Under the pieces are notes generated by a model, which had not been told where the DNA came from, did not search any database, and saw only the letters and a program-made list of their open reading frames with translations. A stretch of 64,000 bases of DNA, taken from positions 39,811 to 103,810 of the forward strand of contig DIUJ01000072.1 of assembly GCA_002422315.1 (NCBI GenBank), in the 5' to 3' direction. This document shows, one piece after another, positions 19,137 to 29,634 of the stretch. The stretch is from Bacteroidetes bacterium UBA6161. Lineage in GTDB: Bacteria > Bacteroidota > Bacteroidia > NS11-12g > UBA955. Every line of letters begins with the position of its first letter. The stretch's first letter is position 1. Made by a program: the position numbers and the translations under genes.

Positions 19137-19703
19137 ATGAACCAAAGTGAATTCATAACTATTTACGCAGAGGCGACCCCAAACCCTGATTCAATGAAGT
19201 TTGTAGTGAACAAAATGATACTTCCCAACGACAGTGTAGACTATAGAAATGTAGAAGTTGCTTCCAACTCTCCTCTTGCATTAGAGCTTTTCAAGAATCC
19301 AATTGTAAAAGGTATTTTTATTATGAACAACTTCATTACATTAACCAAATCGTCTGAAGCAGTTTGGCCAGAAGAAATACCAGCAATTAAGGATTTTATC
19401 AAAAACTGGATAGAATCTGGCAAAGAAGTAGTGAATAAAAACGCTACATTGAGTGAAGAAGAGGAAACAGAAATAGAGAAAAAAATAAAAAAACTTCTGG
19501 ACGACCACGTAAAACCAGCTGTAGAAATGGATGGTGGTGCTATATCCTTCAAATCATTTAAAGATGGTGTAGTAACAGTAGTAATGAAAGGCTCTTGTAG
19601 TGGCTGCCCTAGCAGTACCTTTACGCTTAAAGCTGGCATAGAAAACCTACTAAAGAGAATGGTTCCTGAGGTAGAGGCGGTAGAAGCAGAAGCTGGAATT
19701 TAA
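19137..19703 (+). CDS. NifU/Nfu family Fe-S cluster assembly protein
   Basis: Nfu_N domain (ATPNPDSMKFV) plus a C-terminal NifU domain with CSGCPSS. Confidence 0.85.
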   Translation: MNQSEFITIYAEATPNPDSMKFVVNKMILPNDSVDYRNVEVASNSPLALELFKNPIVKGIFIMNNFITLTKSSEAVWPEEIPAIKDFIKNWIESGKEVVNKNATLSEEEETEIEKKIKKLLDDHVKPAVEMDGGAISFKSFKDGVVTVVMKGSCSGCPSSTFTLKAGIENLLKRMVPEVEAVEAEAGI

Positions 19704-19772
19704 TACCCTTGTTAAAAGATATTTAAAAAATACCAAGTTATTTTTTGGCTATTCCTGTTTTATATTAACTTT

Positions 19773-21614
19773 ATGAGTATGCCTCGTTTCTCCATTTTAT
19801 TGCTCCTTTTTTTGTTGTTGCTAGGCAATGTAAATGCCCAAGCCCAAAACAATGTTCCAATAGTTGATAAAGACAAACTTGCGCTTAGCTATTTTAGTAG
19901 TGGCGAATATGCAAAAGCTAAGGAGATTTATGAAGAACTATTAAAGAAAAATAGATTTTCTGCTATCTACTACGAAAACTATTTGATGTGCCTGGTGAAT
20001 TTAGAGGAATACAAAGAGGCTTTAAAATTCACACAGAAGACCTCCTCGATGTTTCCAGACAATTCCAATATAAGAATAGATTACATTTGGATATTAGAAA
20101 AAAGTGGTGACAAAAAGAAAGTAATCAAGGAGATTCAAAGTGTACTAGAAAACCAATCACTCTCTAACTCTTACAAAGCTCTGCAAGTTTCCTCCGCTTT
20201 TAAAAAACGAGGATTCAAAGGCGAGGCAATTCAGGTTTTGCTTAATTCCAGACAACTTAATACCGACAAAATGGTTCACAGTATGGAATTAGCCGATTTA
20301 TATGCAGAAGCAGAAAACTACAGTGCTATGTTTGGTGAATTTCTTCAATACTTAGAGGTTAATGAAGGATATATAGACCAAATACAAAATAGGTTACAAC
20401 AACTTTTGACCGAAAAAGTACATTACGAATCTCTCAAAAAGGAACTTGTATCTCGTATACAAAAAAGGCCTAATATTTACTCATACCAAAATCTTTTGTT
20501 TTGGGTTTTTGTGCAACAAAAAGACTGGGATGGTGCATTTATTCAAATCAGGGCTATAGATTTAAAAACAGATAAATCAGGCTACAGATTGCTAGAACTA
20601 GCGGATGTATGTATAGAAAACAATGCCTTCGAAACTGCCATCAAGTGTTATCAAAATTTGCTTCTAAGAGGAGAAGAGCACCCTTTGTATGCTAGTGCAG
20701 AAATTGGATTGCTAAAAACCAAACTCACAAAACTAGAAAACGAACCAATTAAAAACCAAGAAGCTCTGTTGGTACTAGCAGAAGAATACAAAAGATTCTT
20801 AGAAAACAAGGGCTATTTGCCTGGTTCAGAATTTGCAAGATTTGACTTAGCATACCTATATATAAACCTACTGCACAAACCCAAACAAGGAATACTTCAT
20901 TTAGAGGACCTTATAAAAAAAAATGTGTTGGATAAAACCGAAATTGCCAAAGCTAAACTAATGCTTGCAGATGCTTACCTAATGCAAGGGGAAGATTGGG
21001 AATCTCACTTATTATACAAACAAGTAGAAAAGGACTTTAAAGATGAAGCAATAGGACAAGAAGCAAAATTCAAATTTGCCAAACTAAGTTATTTTAGAGG
21101 AGAATTTGATTGGGCCTTAACCCAACTGGAAGTACTTAAAGGTGCAACCACTCAGTTGATTTCGAATAATGCAATAGAATTAGCACTGCATATAATAGAA
21201 AGTTCGGGGTTGGACAGTACAGAAGAACACTTAAATGATTTTGCACAAGCTGAATTGGCTTTTTTCAGAAACGATACATCGGATGCGTTGAATAGACTGA
21301 ATAAATTAAGTGAGAAAATAAATTACCATGAATTAAGCGACAATATTCTGTTCCTAAAATCTCAAATATTATTGAAACAAAATAAATCGAGAGAAGCGGT
21401 TACATGCCTCTTAGAAATTACTGAAAAGTATGCTTTTGGTTTATTGGCCGACGATGCTTTGTGGAACTTGGGTTTGCTTTACGAAACCCATTTTAAAGAA
21501 CCTAATAAGGCAATGGAATGTTATGAAAAAATCCTATCCAACTATCCTGACTCTTACTATGTTTTTCAGTCTAGGATAAGATATAGAAATCTAAAATCTA
21601 GCTTATCGCTTTAG
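19773..21614 (+). CDS. tetratricopeptide-repeat protein, secreted
   Basis: Signal peptide (LLLGNVNAQAQ) and repeated TPR-like helices throughout. Confidence 0.6.
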   Translation: MSMPRFSILLLLFLLLLGNVNAQAQNNVPIVDKDKLALSYFSSGEYAKAKEIYEELLKKNRFSAIYYENYLMCLVNLEEYKEALKFTQKTSSMFPDNSNIRIDYIWILEKSGDKKKVIKEIQSVLENQSLSNSYKALQVSSAFKKRGFKGEAIQVLLNSRQLNTDKMVHSMELADLYAEAENYSAMFGEFLQYLEVNEGYIDQIQNRLQQLLTEKVHYESLKKELVSRIQKRPNIYSYQNLLFWVFVQQKDWDGAFIQIRAIDLKTDKSGYRLLELADVCIENNAFETAIKCYQNLLLRGEEHPLYASAEIGLLKTKLTKLENEPIKNQEALLVLAEEYKRFLENKGYLPGSEFARFDLAYLYINLLHKPKQGILHLEDLIKKNVLDKTEIAKAKLMLADAYLMQGEDWESHLLYKQVEKDFKDEAIGQEAKFKFAKLSYFRGEFDWALTQLEVLKGATTQLISNNAIELALHIIESSGLDSTEEHLNDFAQAELAFFRNDTSDALNRLNKLSEKINYHELSDNILFLKSQILLKQNKSREAVTCLLEITEKYAFGLLADDALWNLGLLYETHFKEPNKAMECYEKILSNYPDSYYVFQSRIRYRNLKSSLSL

Positions 21615-21956
21615 AAAATTACTCAAAACTAAATTCCATTTGGATTTTTGGCGAATTGGATATATTTTAAACTCTTTGAAGTTTTGTGAGACAATTTCTT
21701 TGTATTCAAAAGAGTTTATCTCTACGAAAGGATAATCCCCCCTGCATTTTTTTAGAAACAACTCTATAGAAGACGTTTTTCCCTCTGCGATTATCATCAA
21801 ACCTTCCGTTTGAACTCCACCTTCGAGATATTTTACCATACCCATTATTTTCAGCTCCTTGGCTTGCTTGTATACAAATCTTCGGTATCCAAGTTGTTTA
21901 ATTTTACCATGTACAATAATTTCTATTGCAACATTATTTGTTGGTTTTGTTTTCAT
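21603..21956 (-). CDS. acylphosphatase-like domain protein
   Basis: VHGKIKQLGYRRF aligns to the VxGxVQGVGFR signature. The usual catalytic Asn position reads Tyr (GMVKYLEGG). Confidence 0.5.
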   Translation of the reverse strand: MKTKPTNNVAIEIIVHGKIKQLGYRRFVYKQAKELKIMGMVKYLEGGVQTEGLMIIAEGKTSSIELFLKKCRGDYPFVEINSFEYKEIVSQNFKEFKIYPIRQKSKWNLVLSNFLKR

Positions 21957-22165
21957 AAGGTATTCGCTTAGGTTGTTGTGTCTTTCTGTTAAGTGTGCGT
22001 CTTAACAAGTTCAAACATAAAATAAATCTTTGTTTTTTCCTTTTTTATAAAAGCGTAAATAGGGTGTAACTCCTATCGTATTGATTATCTTATTTAAAAA
22101 AATAACTAAAAAATTAATTAGACAGACTCATTGGCAGAAGAATCAAAAAATTAAATACAAAATAC

Positions 22166-22173
22166 TACCTTTG
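22166..22173 (+). promoter_or_regulatory. Bacteroidota -7 promoter element
   Basis: TACCTTTG lies 20 nt upstream of the ATG at 22193. Confidence 0.4.
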
Positions 22174-22192
22174 TGTATAATTCAAGAGATCA

Positions 22193-23413
22193 ATGAAAAT
22201 ACAAATCAAGCCAAACTATATACTTCTCTTCTTTGCAACTGTAATTATACTGCCTTTTTATTCCTGTGCTCAAAACCCGCCAAGCAAGTTTCCGGAGATA
22301 GAAAAGCTACTTTCTAATAAAGAATATCTAAGTGCATTTGAAAAACTAGAAAAGGATTTCCCTAAATATTCAGACCCTGATGCCGACTTACTCAAGGTAG
22401 ATATTGCTGTAAATTATCACATAAATACGGTATCTCATCAATATTTTGCATTCAAAAATATTAAACCAAAAGAAGACATTTTAGACCATAGAAAAACCGA
22501 AGGTCGCTTTGAGATGAAATACTTACCTATACACGATATATTAGATACTTTATTGATACTTTTCCCCAACAGGCACGACCTGCACAATAGAATTGTAGAA
22601 CACTACTATTTGATTTTAACTAATTATCCAGGTGGTTGGATTAAGAAAAACAATGATATTCTAGGAAAAATAGAATTTCATTCACAAAAAGCAATAGACT
22701 ACAAGATGGCAAGCGGCAAAACATACTTTGCAGCAGGTTTTTTACAACTTCAGAAACAGCAAAATAAGCAAGCGATAGAATTGATAGAAAAAGCCATTGC
22801 ACTGGAACCAGACAATGGTTTTTATTACTACAACTTGTGCTTCCCGTATCTTTACCAAAACCAACACATCAAAGCTTTGGAAATAAGCCAAAAAGCCTAC
22901 GATTACAGCTCTGAAAGCGACTTTATTCAAAAAGCAAAAGCAAAGTACCTAACCGGTTTAATTTACGAGGAACTTTCGGAAGACCAAACTGCATACGAGA
23001 ATTTTTTAGAGGCTAGAAAATTAGATATGGAAAATTTACAAGTACTATATTCCATTATTGAATCTTGTTTAAAATTAAAGAAACCACAGTGGATAGATTA
23101 CACCAAACAATTTTTTGACATTGCCCCAGACAACTCTGAAACCTATGGAGATTTAACCCAAGTTTTTTCTCAATACCAAAGAATTGATGATTTAATTAAT
23201 TTCTTTGGTTCTCAAATGATTGTTTTCAAAGATTCTCCAAGGGTTTTAGCAAATTTACACTTTTTTATAGCTGGAAATATTTATACTAAAGACAAAGAAA
23301 AAGCAATCGAACACCTTGAAATCTCAAAAACCTATTTTATAAAATATCTTCCAGAGAACAACGCTATTTTCAGAACAATAGATCAACAAATAGACGAGTT
23401 TAAAGCCAAATAA
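22193..23413 (+). CDS. TPR-like lipoprotein, function unknown
   Basis: Lipobox-like LPFYSC after a hydrophobic leader. TPR-like repeats (AIELIEKAIALEPDNGFYYYNL). Confidence 0.55.
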   Translation: MKIQIKPNYILLFFATVIILPFYSCAQNPPSKFPEIEKLLSNKEYLSAFEKLEKDFPKYSDPDADLLKVDIAVNYHINTVSHQYFAFKNIKPKEDILDHRKTEGRFEMKYLPIHDILDTLLILFPNRHDLHNRIVEHYYLILTNYPGGWIKKNNDILGKIEFHSQKAIDYKMASGKTYFAAGFLQLQKQQNKQAIELIEKAIALEPDNGFYYYNLCFPYLYQNQHIKALEISQKAYDYSSESDFIQKAKAKYLTGLIYEELSEDQTAYENFLEARKLDMENLQVLYSIIESCLKLKKPQWIDYTKQFFDIAPDNSETYGDLTQVFSQYQRIDDLINFFGSQMIVFKDSPRVLANLHFFIAGNIYTKDKEKAIEHLEISKTYFIKYLPENNAIFRTIDQQIDEFKAK

Positions 23414-23430
23414 CATATTCCTATTACCCT

Positions 23431-24108
23431 ATGCAAAAACTAAACTTACAAGAACAATTTCTAATACTTGCACTTTTACCTCAAAAAAACAATTTCACAT
23501 TAAACAAATTACTTATAAACTATACTCTTAGCTATATTGCTTGCCAACAACTTATTTCTTCCCAAATAATCAAGGTTGAAAAAAACAAAGTAAGCCTCTT
23601 TAATAATATAGAGTCACAAAAACTAGGGCAAATTAATTTGTTAACCAAAGAAACAAGAAAAAAACTTTTTAAGGGGAAACAGATAAAGCTAGACCTTCTA
23701 ATTGAAGACATCTTTTCAAATATTGGGAAATATAAAAGAAGTGCTATTTACCAGCTAAGAGATTTGGGATTAATAGAAGCAAAAGCTTTTAAATTCTTCA
23801 AAATATTTAAAGTAAGAAAAGCAATTCTCACAAATAGTGGAAATGAATATAGAACAGATTTAATACAAACATTAAGCAGCAATTTAAATTCTTTGGAAAT
23901 AGATATTCAATCTTCGGAAAAATATTTATGGCAATTTGTGATTGGAAGTTCTTTATACAAATTTATTCCGGAGTTAAACAAGTACCAAAATGAAATCCAT
24001 AGCTATGTAAACAGAATTTTATTCAAAGATAGCTCTACAATTGCTCCTGTTATAAATATGGCCGAAATAAAAATATTGCTTTGCACAACTGTAAAATCTG
24101 ATTTATGA
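23431..24108 (+). CDS. hypothetical protein, possible GPP34/GOLPH3-like family
   Basis: The LNLQEQFLILALLPQKNN start and about 225-aa helical layout resemble bacterial GPP34 proteins. This rests on recollection only. Confidence 0.35.
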   Translation: MQKLNLQEQFLILALLPQKNNFTLNKLLINYTLSYIACQQLISSQIIKVEKNKVSLFNNIESQKLGQINLLTKETRKKLFKGKQIKLDLLIEDIFSNIGKYKRSAIYQLRDLGLIEAKAFKFFKIFKVRKAILTNSGNEYRTDLIQTLSSNLNSLEIDIQSSEKYLWQFVIGSSLYKFIPELNKYQNEIHSYVNRILFKDSSTIAPVINMAEIKILLCTTVKSDL

Positions 24109-24506
24109 AGAAAATAGATACAGAATATACATTCCTGGTATTATTTGACAGCGAATGCATGTTTTGTAATTATTGGGTTTTAAAGTCTCTACAATTCAAC
24201 AAAAAAGGTAATCTAATTTATGCTAGCTTAGACAACAAAATGTTTGAAGCATACAAAGACGAATTTATACAATTAAATTCTGTAATTTTTATCAAGAACA
24301 AACAATACTTCACCTATTCCGATGCTGTAATAGAAATTATGAAAGAGTTAGAAATTCCTAGAATTCTAACTTATTCACTAAAATTAATCCCCAAAATAAT
24401 CAGAGATAAAGCATATACCATTCTTGCGAAAAACAGAAATAAATTATCCAAAAATACGGCTTGTCCTATTATCCCTTTAGAATACAAAAAACGTTTTATC
24501 GTATAA
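24105..24506 (+). CDS. DCC-family thiol-disulfide oxidoreductase (DUF393)
   Basis: N-terminal VLFDSECMFCNYWV matches the DxxCxxC signature. ATGA overlap with the upstream gene. Confidence 0.7.
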   Translation: MKKIDTEYTFLVLFDSECMFCNYWVLKSLQFNKKGNLIYASLDNKMFEAYKDEFIQLNSVIFIKNKQYFTYSDAVIEIMKELEIPRILTYSLKLIPKIIRDKAYTILAKNRNKLSKNTACPIIPLEYKKRFIV

Positions 24507-24678
24507 ACAAAAATCGACATTTGGGTTTCTGAAATAATTTAAAAGAATACATTTTTTTGAAATATAAGGAGTTTCGGAAATGCAATTCAAATAAAAGCCC
24601 TTGTTTTAATCTATTTTTGGAGAGTTTTTATCTTCTCTTTTCAAACATGCTGTTTTCATTGTCTAAATTCGCCCTCTT

Positions 24679-27111
24679 ATGTGGTTAAAATTGATAAAAA
24701 ACAAACTTCTCTATACTTTGGCTCTTCCTCTATGTTTACTTAGTTTTAAAAACCAAGCCCAAAACATTGAAATCAAAGGGAAAGTAATTGACAATTTAAC
24801 CAAGGAACCACTTCCTTTTGTTGGAGTTACAATAAATGACAAAAACGGAAAATTCCTAATTGGAAAAAATACAGATTTAGAAGGTCAATTCCTCTTGTCG
24901 GTAGAATTAAAAGAAACCTTTATAATCAATTATAGATTTGTAGGATACACTACGAAAACAGACACGGTTTATCTTGTAAAAAACAAAAAAGAAATAAACC
25001 TTGGCGAAATATTATTAAGTACCGCATCAAATTTATTGGATGGAGCTAAAGTACAAGGAGAAAAGGCCGACATGATAATGGAAGCGGATCGCAAAGTTTT
25101 CAATGTAGAAAATACTACTCTAGCACAGGGAGGCACAACCTTGGATATACTTAGACAAATACCCACAGTAGATATAGATGTAGATGGAAATGTTGTACTT
25201 AGAGGTTCCTCCGATGTTCAAATATATATTAACGGCAGGCAAAGTGGAATGTCTGGAAGCAACAAACAAGCAATTTTTGAACAAATACCTGCCTCGAATG
25301 TAGAGCGTATAGAAATTATCACAAACCCATCTTCAAAATTTGATTCTGAAGGAACTGCGGGAATCATCAATATTATTCTAAAATCTAACAAGAAAAAAGG
25401 ATGGAATAGTACTATGGTAGCGGGAGTTGGAACAAACAACAAGTACAATGGATCGGCAAGTTATTCTTACGTAAAAAATAAATTTGCTTTTAGTTCTACT
25501 TATGGCTACCGATACAATCAAAACTGGAGGTCTGTTCAATCCGAAAGAAAAAACTTTTTTGTAGACACATCTTTCTATGTAAACCAAATAGGAAGAGGCA
25601 TAAATTACTCGAACAACCATACTTGGAATGGAAATATTGATTATGAATTGAACAAAAAAAACACCTTGAGTTTAAATTGGATTGCGGGAATGGAAAATAG
25701 AAGTGCCCCTGAAAATGTGAATTATGAATTCCTAGACCAAGCTAGCAGTTTGAGCAGTGCTTATTATAGAAACAGAAGGGAATATAGAGACGCTAAAAAT
25801 GGAGATATTGGATTTAATTGGATTTCAAAATTTGACACTAAAGGGCATCAACTTTCTTTTCTTGGATACTATTCATATTCCGATAAAAAAGACTTGGCAA
25901 ATTTCATACAAGATTTAGAAGGCAGTTTTAGACAAAATCAAAATACCAATATATACAGCATAAACAAGCTACCTATTCTACAATTAGACTATACTAAACC
26001 TTTAAAAAATGAAAGCAAATTCGAAAGCGGTACTAAATTCACGCTTAGAGATATAGACAATAACTTTTTAGTGGATACTCTTGATTTTTCAAACGCCATT
26101 ATAATTCCAAATTTAAACCTATCGAATAGAATGCTTTACAAGGAATACGTTAGTGCTGTATATGCTAATTTTAATACAAAATATAAAAACACAAAAATAC
26201 AAGGGGGATTAAGAGTTGAAAATACAAATATAGATGGCCTTCAGGTTGTAAACAATGTAAACCTAGACAACTCCTACACCAACTTATTCCCTTCTGTATA
26301 TTTGACCCAAGAGATTAAAAAAGGACATGAAATACAGACTAGTTATAGTAGAAGAATAAACAGACCTAGTCTGGAAATGCTAAATCCTTTTGCAGAGCAA
26401 ACCGACCCATTTAATCTACGAACAGGAAATCCAAAACTTAATCCAGAATTAATAGATGCAGTAGAAGCCTCCTATTTTGCAAATAAAAATGGAGATTTTC
26501 TAAGTGGCACCGTATATTACAGACAAGTAAACGGTTCTTTTCAGAGAATTAGAAGTGTAGATAATGAAGGGGTTGCAACAATGACTTTTATAAATTTGGA
26601 TGTTTCTAGAAATGTTGGTTTAGAAGGAGTAATTAGAAAAAAGATTAAAAATGTAAATACTACTTTAAATTTAAACCTATTTAGAAACCAAGCTACTGGT
26701 AGTTTTCAAAACAATACTGTACAAGCAGTTAACTATTCTTGGTTTGGTAAGTTATTAGTAAGCTATAAACTACTTCAAACTATTGATATTCAGGCATCAT
26801 ACAACTATAGAGGAAAGATAACCTATGTACAGGGAACGATAGAACCCATGCATAATTTAGATATTGGGATAAAAAAGGACTTTTGGAACAAAAAAGGGAA
26901 TTTAGCCTTAAGTGTAACAGATGTATTTAACACCCGTCAATTTGTAATAGAAAATGGTGGAGAGAACTTTGCCGGCAATGCTGTAAGAAGATGGGAGACC
27001 CGAATTGCAACATTGAATTTTACTTACAAAATAGGAAATTCTACCCCAGAAATGAATAAAAAACCAAACAAACCAATACGAGGGGAAGGCGGAGGAGATA
27101 TGGAGTTTTAA
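24679..27111 (+). CDS. TonB-dependent receptor-like outer membrane beta-barrel with carboxypeptidase-regulatory-like N-domain
   Basis: Signal peptide, CarboxypepD_reg-like IEIKGKVIDNLTKEPLPFVGV, plug-like TLDILRQIPTVDIDVDGNVVLRGS, a long beta-rich region, and a terminal Phe. Confidence 0.8.
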   Translation: MWLKLIKNKLLYTLALPLCLLSFKNQAQNIEIKGKVIDNLTKEPLPFVGVTINDKNGKFLIGKNTDLEGQFLLSVELKETFIINYRFVGYTTKTDTVYLVKNKKEINLGEILLSTASNLLDGAKVQGEKADMIMEADRKVFNVENTTLAQGGTTLDILRQIPTVDIDVDGNVVLRGSSDVQIYINGRQSGMSGSNKQAIFEQIPASNVERIEIITNPSSKFDSEGTAGIINIILKSNKKKGWNSTMVAGVGTNNKYNGSASYSYVKNKFAFSSTYGYRYNQNWRSVQSERKNFFVDTSFYVNQIGRGINYSNNHTWNGNIDYELNKKNTLSLNWIAGMENRSAPENVNYEFLDQASSLSSAYYRNRREYRDAKNGDIGFNWISKFDTKGHQLSFLGYYSYSDKKDLANFIQDLEGSFRQNQNTNIYSINKLPILQLDYTKPLKNESKFESGTKFTLRDIDNNFLVDTLDFSNAIIIPNLNLSNRMLYKEYVSAVYANFNTKYKNTKIQGGLRVENTNIDGLQVVNNVNLDNSYTNLFPSVYLTQEIKKGHEIQTSYSRRINRPSLEMLNPFAEQTDPFNLRTGNPKLNPELIDAVEASYFANKNGDFLSGTVYYRQVNGSFQRIRSVDNEGVATMTFINLDVSRNVGLEGVIRKKIKNVNTTLNLNLFRNQATGSFQNNTVQAVNYSWFGKLLVSYKLLQTIDIQASYNYRGKITYVQGTIEPMHNLDIGIKKDFWNKKGNLALSVTDVFNTRQFVIENGGENFAGNAVRRWETRIATLNFTYKIGNSTPEMNKKPNKPIRGEGGGDMEF

Positions 27112-27120
27112 CCCAAAACT

Positions 27121-27756
27121 CTACTTAAAAAAAACCTTCCCAAACATATACAACCCAAATGCGATAAAAATAGTTCCAGCTATTTGGTTTACTCTTTTTA
27201 GATTTTGTGTTGAAATATATTTTTTGATTCGAAAAGCAAATACAGCAATCAAGGATTCTGTAGTAAAAATAGCAGCAATTGCGCCAGCAAAAAATACAAC
27301 TTTATGAGTCATTGAATATCCGAATGTTAAAGACAATGAGGTTGAAATTCCAAGCCAAATGAAAAAATTAACCGGATTTATAACGTTTAACAGTATACCG
27401 TTACCCATAAAAAACAAAACTTTGGAAGATGAAAATGTTTTTTGTGAATTTAACTGCAAAGATAATTGTGGTGTTTTTTTAAAAACTTGAAATAAACCAA
27501 AACCCAACAAAAGGAATGCTCCCAATAAACTTATGTAAGTACTTTCAGATTCCATAATTTTAGCAAAGCTTGAACTACCTAAAGCCAAGGCAATAAAGAA
27601 AATATCGCTAATTACAACTCCAAGAGATATTAAAATTCCAGCTTTATAATTATAGGAAAGTGAATTTTGAACTATAGAGAAGAAAACCGTACCCAGCATT
27701 AAGCTCAGGGTTATTCCTGATAAAAAACCTTCTAAGAAGATGAAAACTTCTTGCAT
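27121..27756 (-). CDS. LysE family translocator
   Basis: Six-TM protein of 211 aa with a LysE-type N-terminus (FLSGITLSLMLGTVFF). Confidence 0.7.
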   Translation of the reverse strand: MQEVFIFLEGFLSGITLSLMLGTVFFSIVQNSLSYNYKAGILISLGVVISDIFFIALALGSSSFAKIMESESTYISLLGAFLLLGFGLFQVFKKTPQLSLQLNSQKTFSSSKVLFFMGNGILLNVINPVNFFIWLGISTSLSLTFGYSMTHKVVFFAGAIAAIFTTESLIAVFAFRIKKYISTQNLKRVNQIAGTIFIAFGLYMFGKVFFK

Positions 27757-27768
27757 AAAAAGAGTAAA

Positions 27769-29538
27769 TCAATCTAAAGAAAGAGTATATGGCAAACTTG
27801 CTTTTACGCCTGCTTGTTTATGTAAATCACTAATGGCTTTGTAATACGAATAGAACATACCCATTTCATTCTTCAAGAATTGTTCTTTTAATAGAGCTTT
27901 TATCTGGAACAAAGAGTTTATGGAATTATCCTTTTCAGGTAAATATTTTATTCTGAAATCATTCTTTTTAAGACCCGCTTTGTACGATGCAATATGCACA
28001 CACTCTCTTATGCTCGCATAACCATCAATTAAATTAACTTTCTGTGCATCTGGACCAATCCAAACCTTACCTTGAGCTATAGACTCTACATGTGAGCTAT
28101 CTAATCCCCTTCCATTCTCTACTACTTGCGTAAAATTATGGTAAACCCTGTCTACTCCTTTCTGAATTATTTGTTTTTGGTTAAATGTTAGTTCTTTATC
28201 TAATGTACCGAAATCTGCATACTCTCCAGTTTTCAGTGTTTCAAACTTCAATCCTAGGTGCTCGTTAAACAGCTCTTTCATATTTGGATAAAGAGCAAAT
28301 ACACCTATAGAACCAGTTAAGGTATATTTGGATGCAAAAATGGAATCTGCTGGTGCTGCAATATAATATCCTCCACTAGCTGCCACATCTCCCATGCTTA
28401 CAATTACAGGCTTAGATTGCTTAATTAGCATAATTTCTCTCCATATTTGATCAGAACCATAAGCACTTCCTCCCGGGGAGTTTATCCTTACAACTAAAGC
28501 TTTTACTTCTTTATTAAACCTTGCTTTTCTAAGAGATTTAAGTAAAGATTTACATCCAGCTTCATTGTCATTGTTACTTACATTTGTTATTTCGCCTGCT
28601 ATGTATACAAAAGCGATTACATTATCAGAAGAAAAATTACCGATATCTTTCGAATTCATTCCGTAGTAGTCACTAAAGCTAGTAAAGCACATTTTATCTT
28701 CTGGTTTTTTGCCAACTTTTCTTTTAATTATTGTAGCTACTTCATCTTCATATGCTAATCTATCAATCAATTTTTTCTTAACTGCGGAAACTGGGTTTTG
28801 AACCAAAAACGCCTGTATATCTGACCTCAAACTATCTTTATGTATTGCTCTATTTTTGGCTATATCTTCACAAAATTGATTGAAACTTACATCAAGATAT
28901 CTCTGTATTTGTGATTTATTTTCTTCGCTCAGTTGATCTTGTGTATATACTTCTGCTGCACCTTTGTGGGTACCTACTTTGAAAAGTTCCATTTTAACCC
29001 CCACTTTATCTAACAATCCCTTGTACAACAAAATATTGGAACTTAGTCCATCCAAAACTATTTCTCCAGATGGATTAAGAAAAATACTATCACATACACT
29101 GGCGAGGTAATAATTTTTCTCTGTAAGTATTTCTCCATAGGCATACACAAATTTGCCTTGTTTTTTGAAAAAAGACAGGGCTTCGCGAATTTCTTCAATT
29201 GTTGCAAAACCCGCATCAAACAATCCTGGTTTCACAAGTATTCCTTTTACGTTTGCATCGGTAGAGGCGTTGTATATTACATTTAAAATCTTATCTAAAC
29301 CTATATTTGTGTTAGAGTTCTTGTTTATCCATTCTTCCAAAGGATTTTCATCTGCCTTTTCCACTATAGTATAGTTTAAGTTTAATTCTAAAACCATGTT
29401 TTTAGAAGGTGTTTTCTTTTTGTCAACTACCGAAGACAATACTACACTTACAATGCCAATGCCAACTACCAAAAGAAGGAAAGCGGATACAAGAACCCCA
29501 ACGATTGTAGCCAGCACATTTTTTAAAAACTGCAACAT
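27769..29538 (-). CDS. sppA: signal peptide peptidase SppA, 67K type
   Basis: N-terminal TM and two S49 domains (RINSPGGSAYGS, GDVAASGGYYIA). Confidence 0.9.
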   Translation of the reverse strand: MLQFLKNVLATIVGVLVSAFLLLVVGIGIVSVVLSSVVDKKKTPSKNMVLELNLNYTIVEKADENPLEEWINKNSNTNIGLDKILNVIYNASTDANVKGILVKPGLFDAGFATIEEIREALSFFKKQGKFVYAYGEILTEKNYYLASVCDSIFLNPSGEIVLDGLSSNILLYKGLLDKVGVKMELFKVGTHKGAAEVYTQDQLSEENKSQIQRYLDVSFNQFCEDIAKNRAIHKDSLRSDIQAFLVQNPVSAVKKKLIDRLAYEDEVATIIKRKVGKKPEDKMCFTSFSDYYGMNSKDIGNFSSDNVIAFVYIAGEITNVSNNDNEAGCKSLLKSLRKARFNKEVKALVVRINSPGGSAYGSDQIWREIMLIKQSKPVIVSMGDVAASGGYYIAAPADSIFASKYTLTGSIGVFALYPNMKELFNEHLGLKFETLKTGEYADFGTLDKELTFNQKQIIQKGVDRVYHNFTQVVENGRGLDSSHVESIAQGKVWIGPDAQKVNLIDGYASIRECVHIASYKAGLKKNDFRIKYLPEKDNSINSLFQIKALLKEQFLKNEMGMFYSYYKAISDLHKQAGVKASLPYTLSLD

Positions 29539-29634
29539 TTAATTAATTAACTTTAACTTTCAAATATAAGTCAAGCTAGTTTAAAAAAAATAAGTTTCGA
29601 TTAAACCCCCATTTGAGTCGGGTATAAGTTTAGC

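Noticed and set aside
22081-22317. 78-aa ORF overlapping the start of the TPR-like lipoprotein gene
   Set aside because: It is out of frame with a better-supported gene that has a -7 box 20 nt upstream of its ATG. The sequence is low-complexity and basic.
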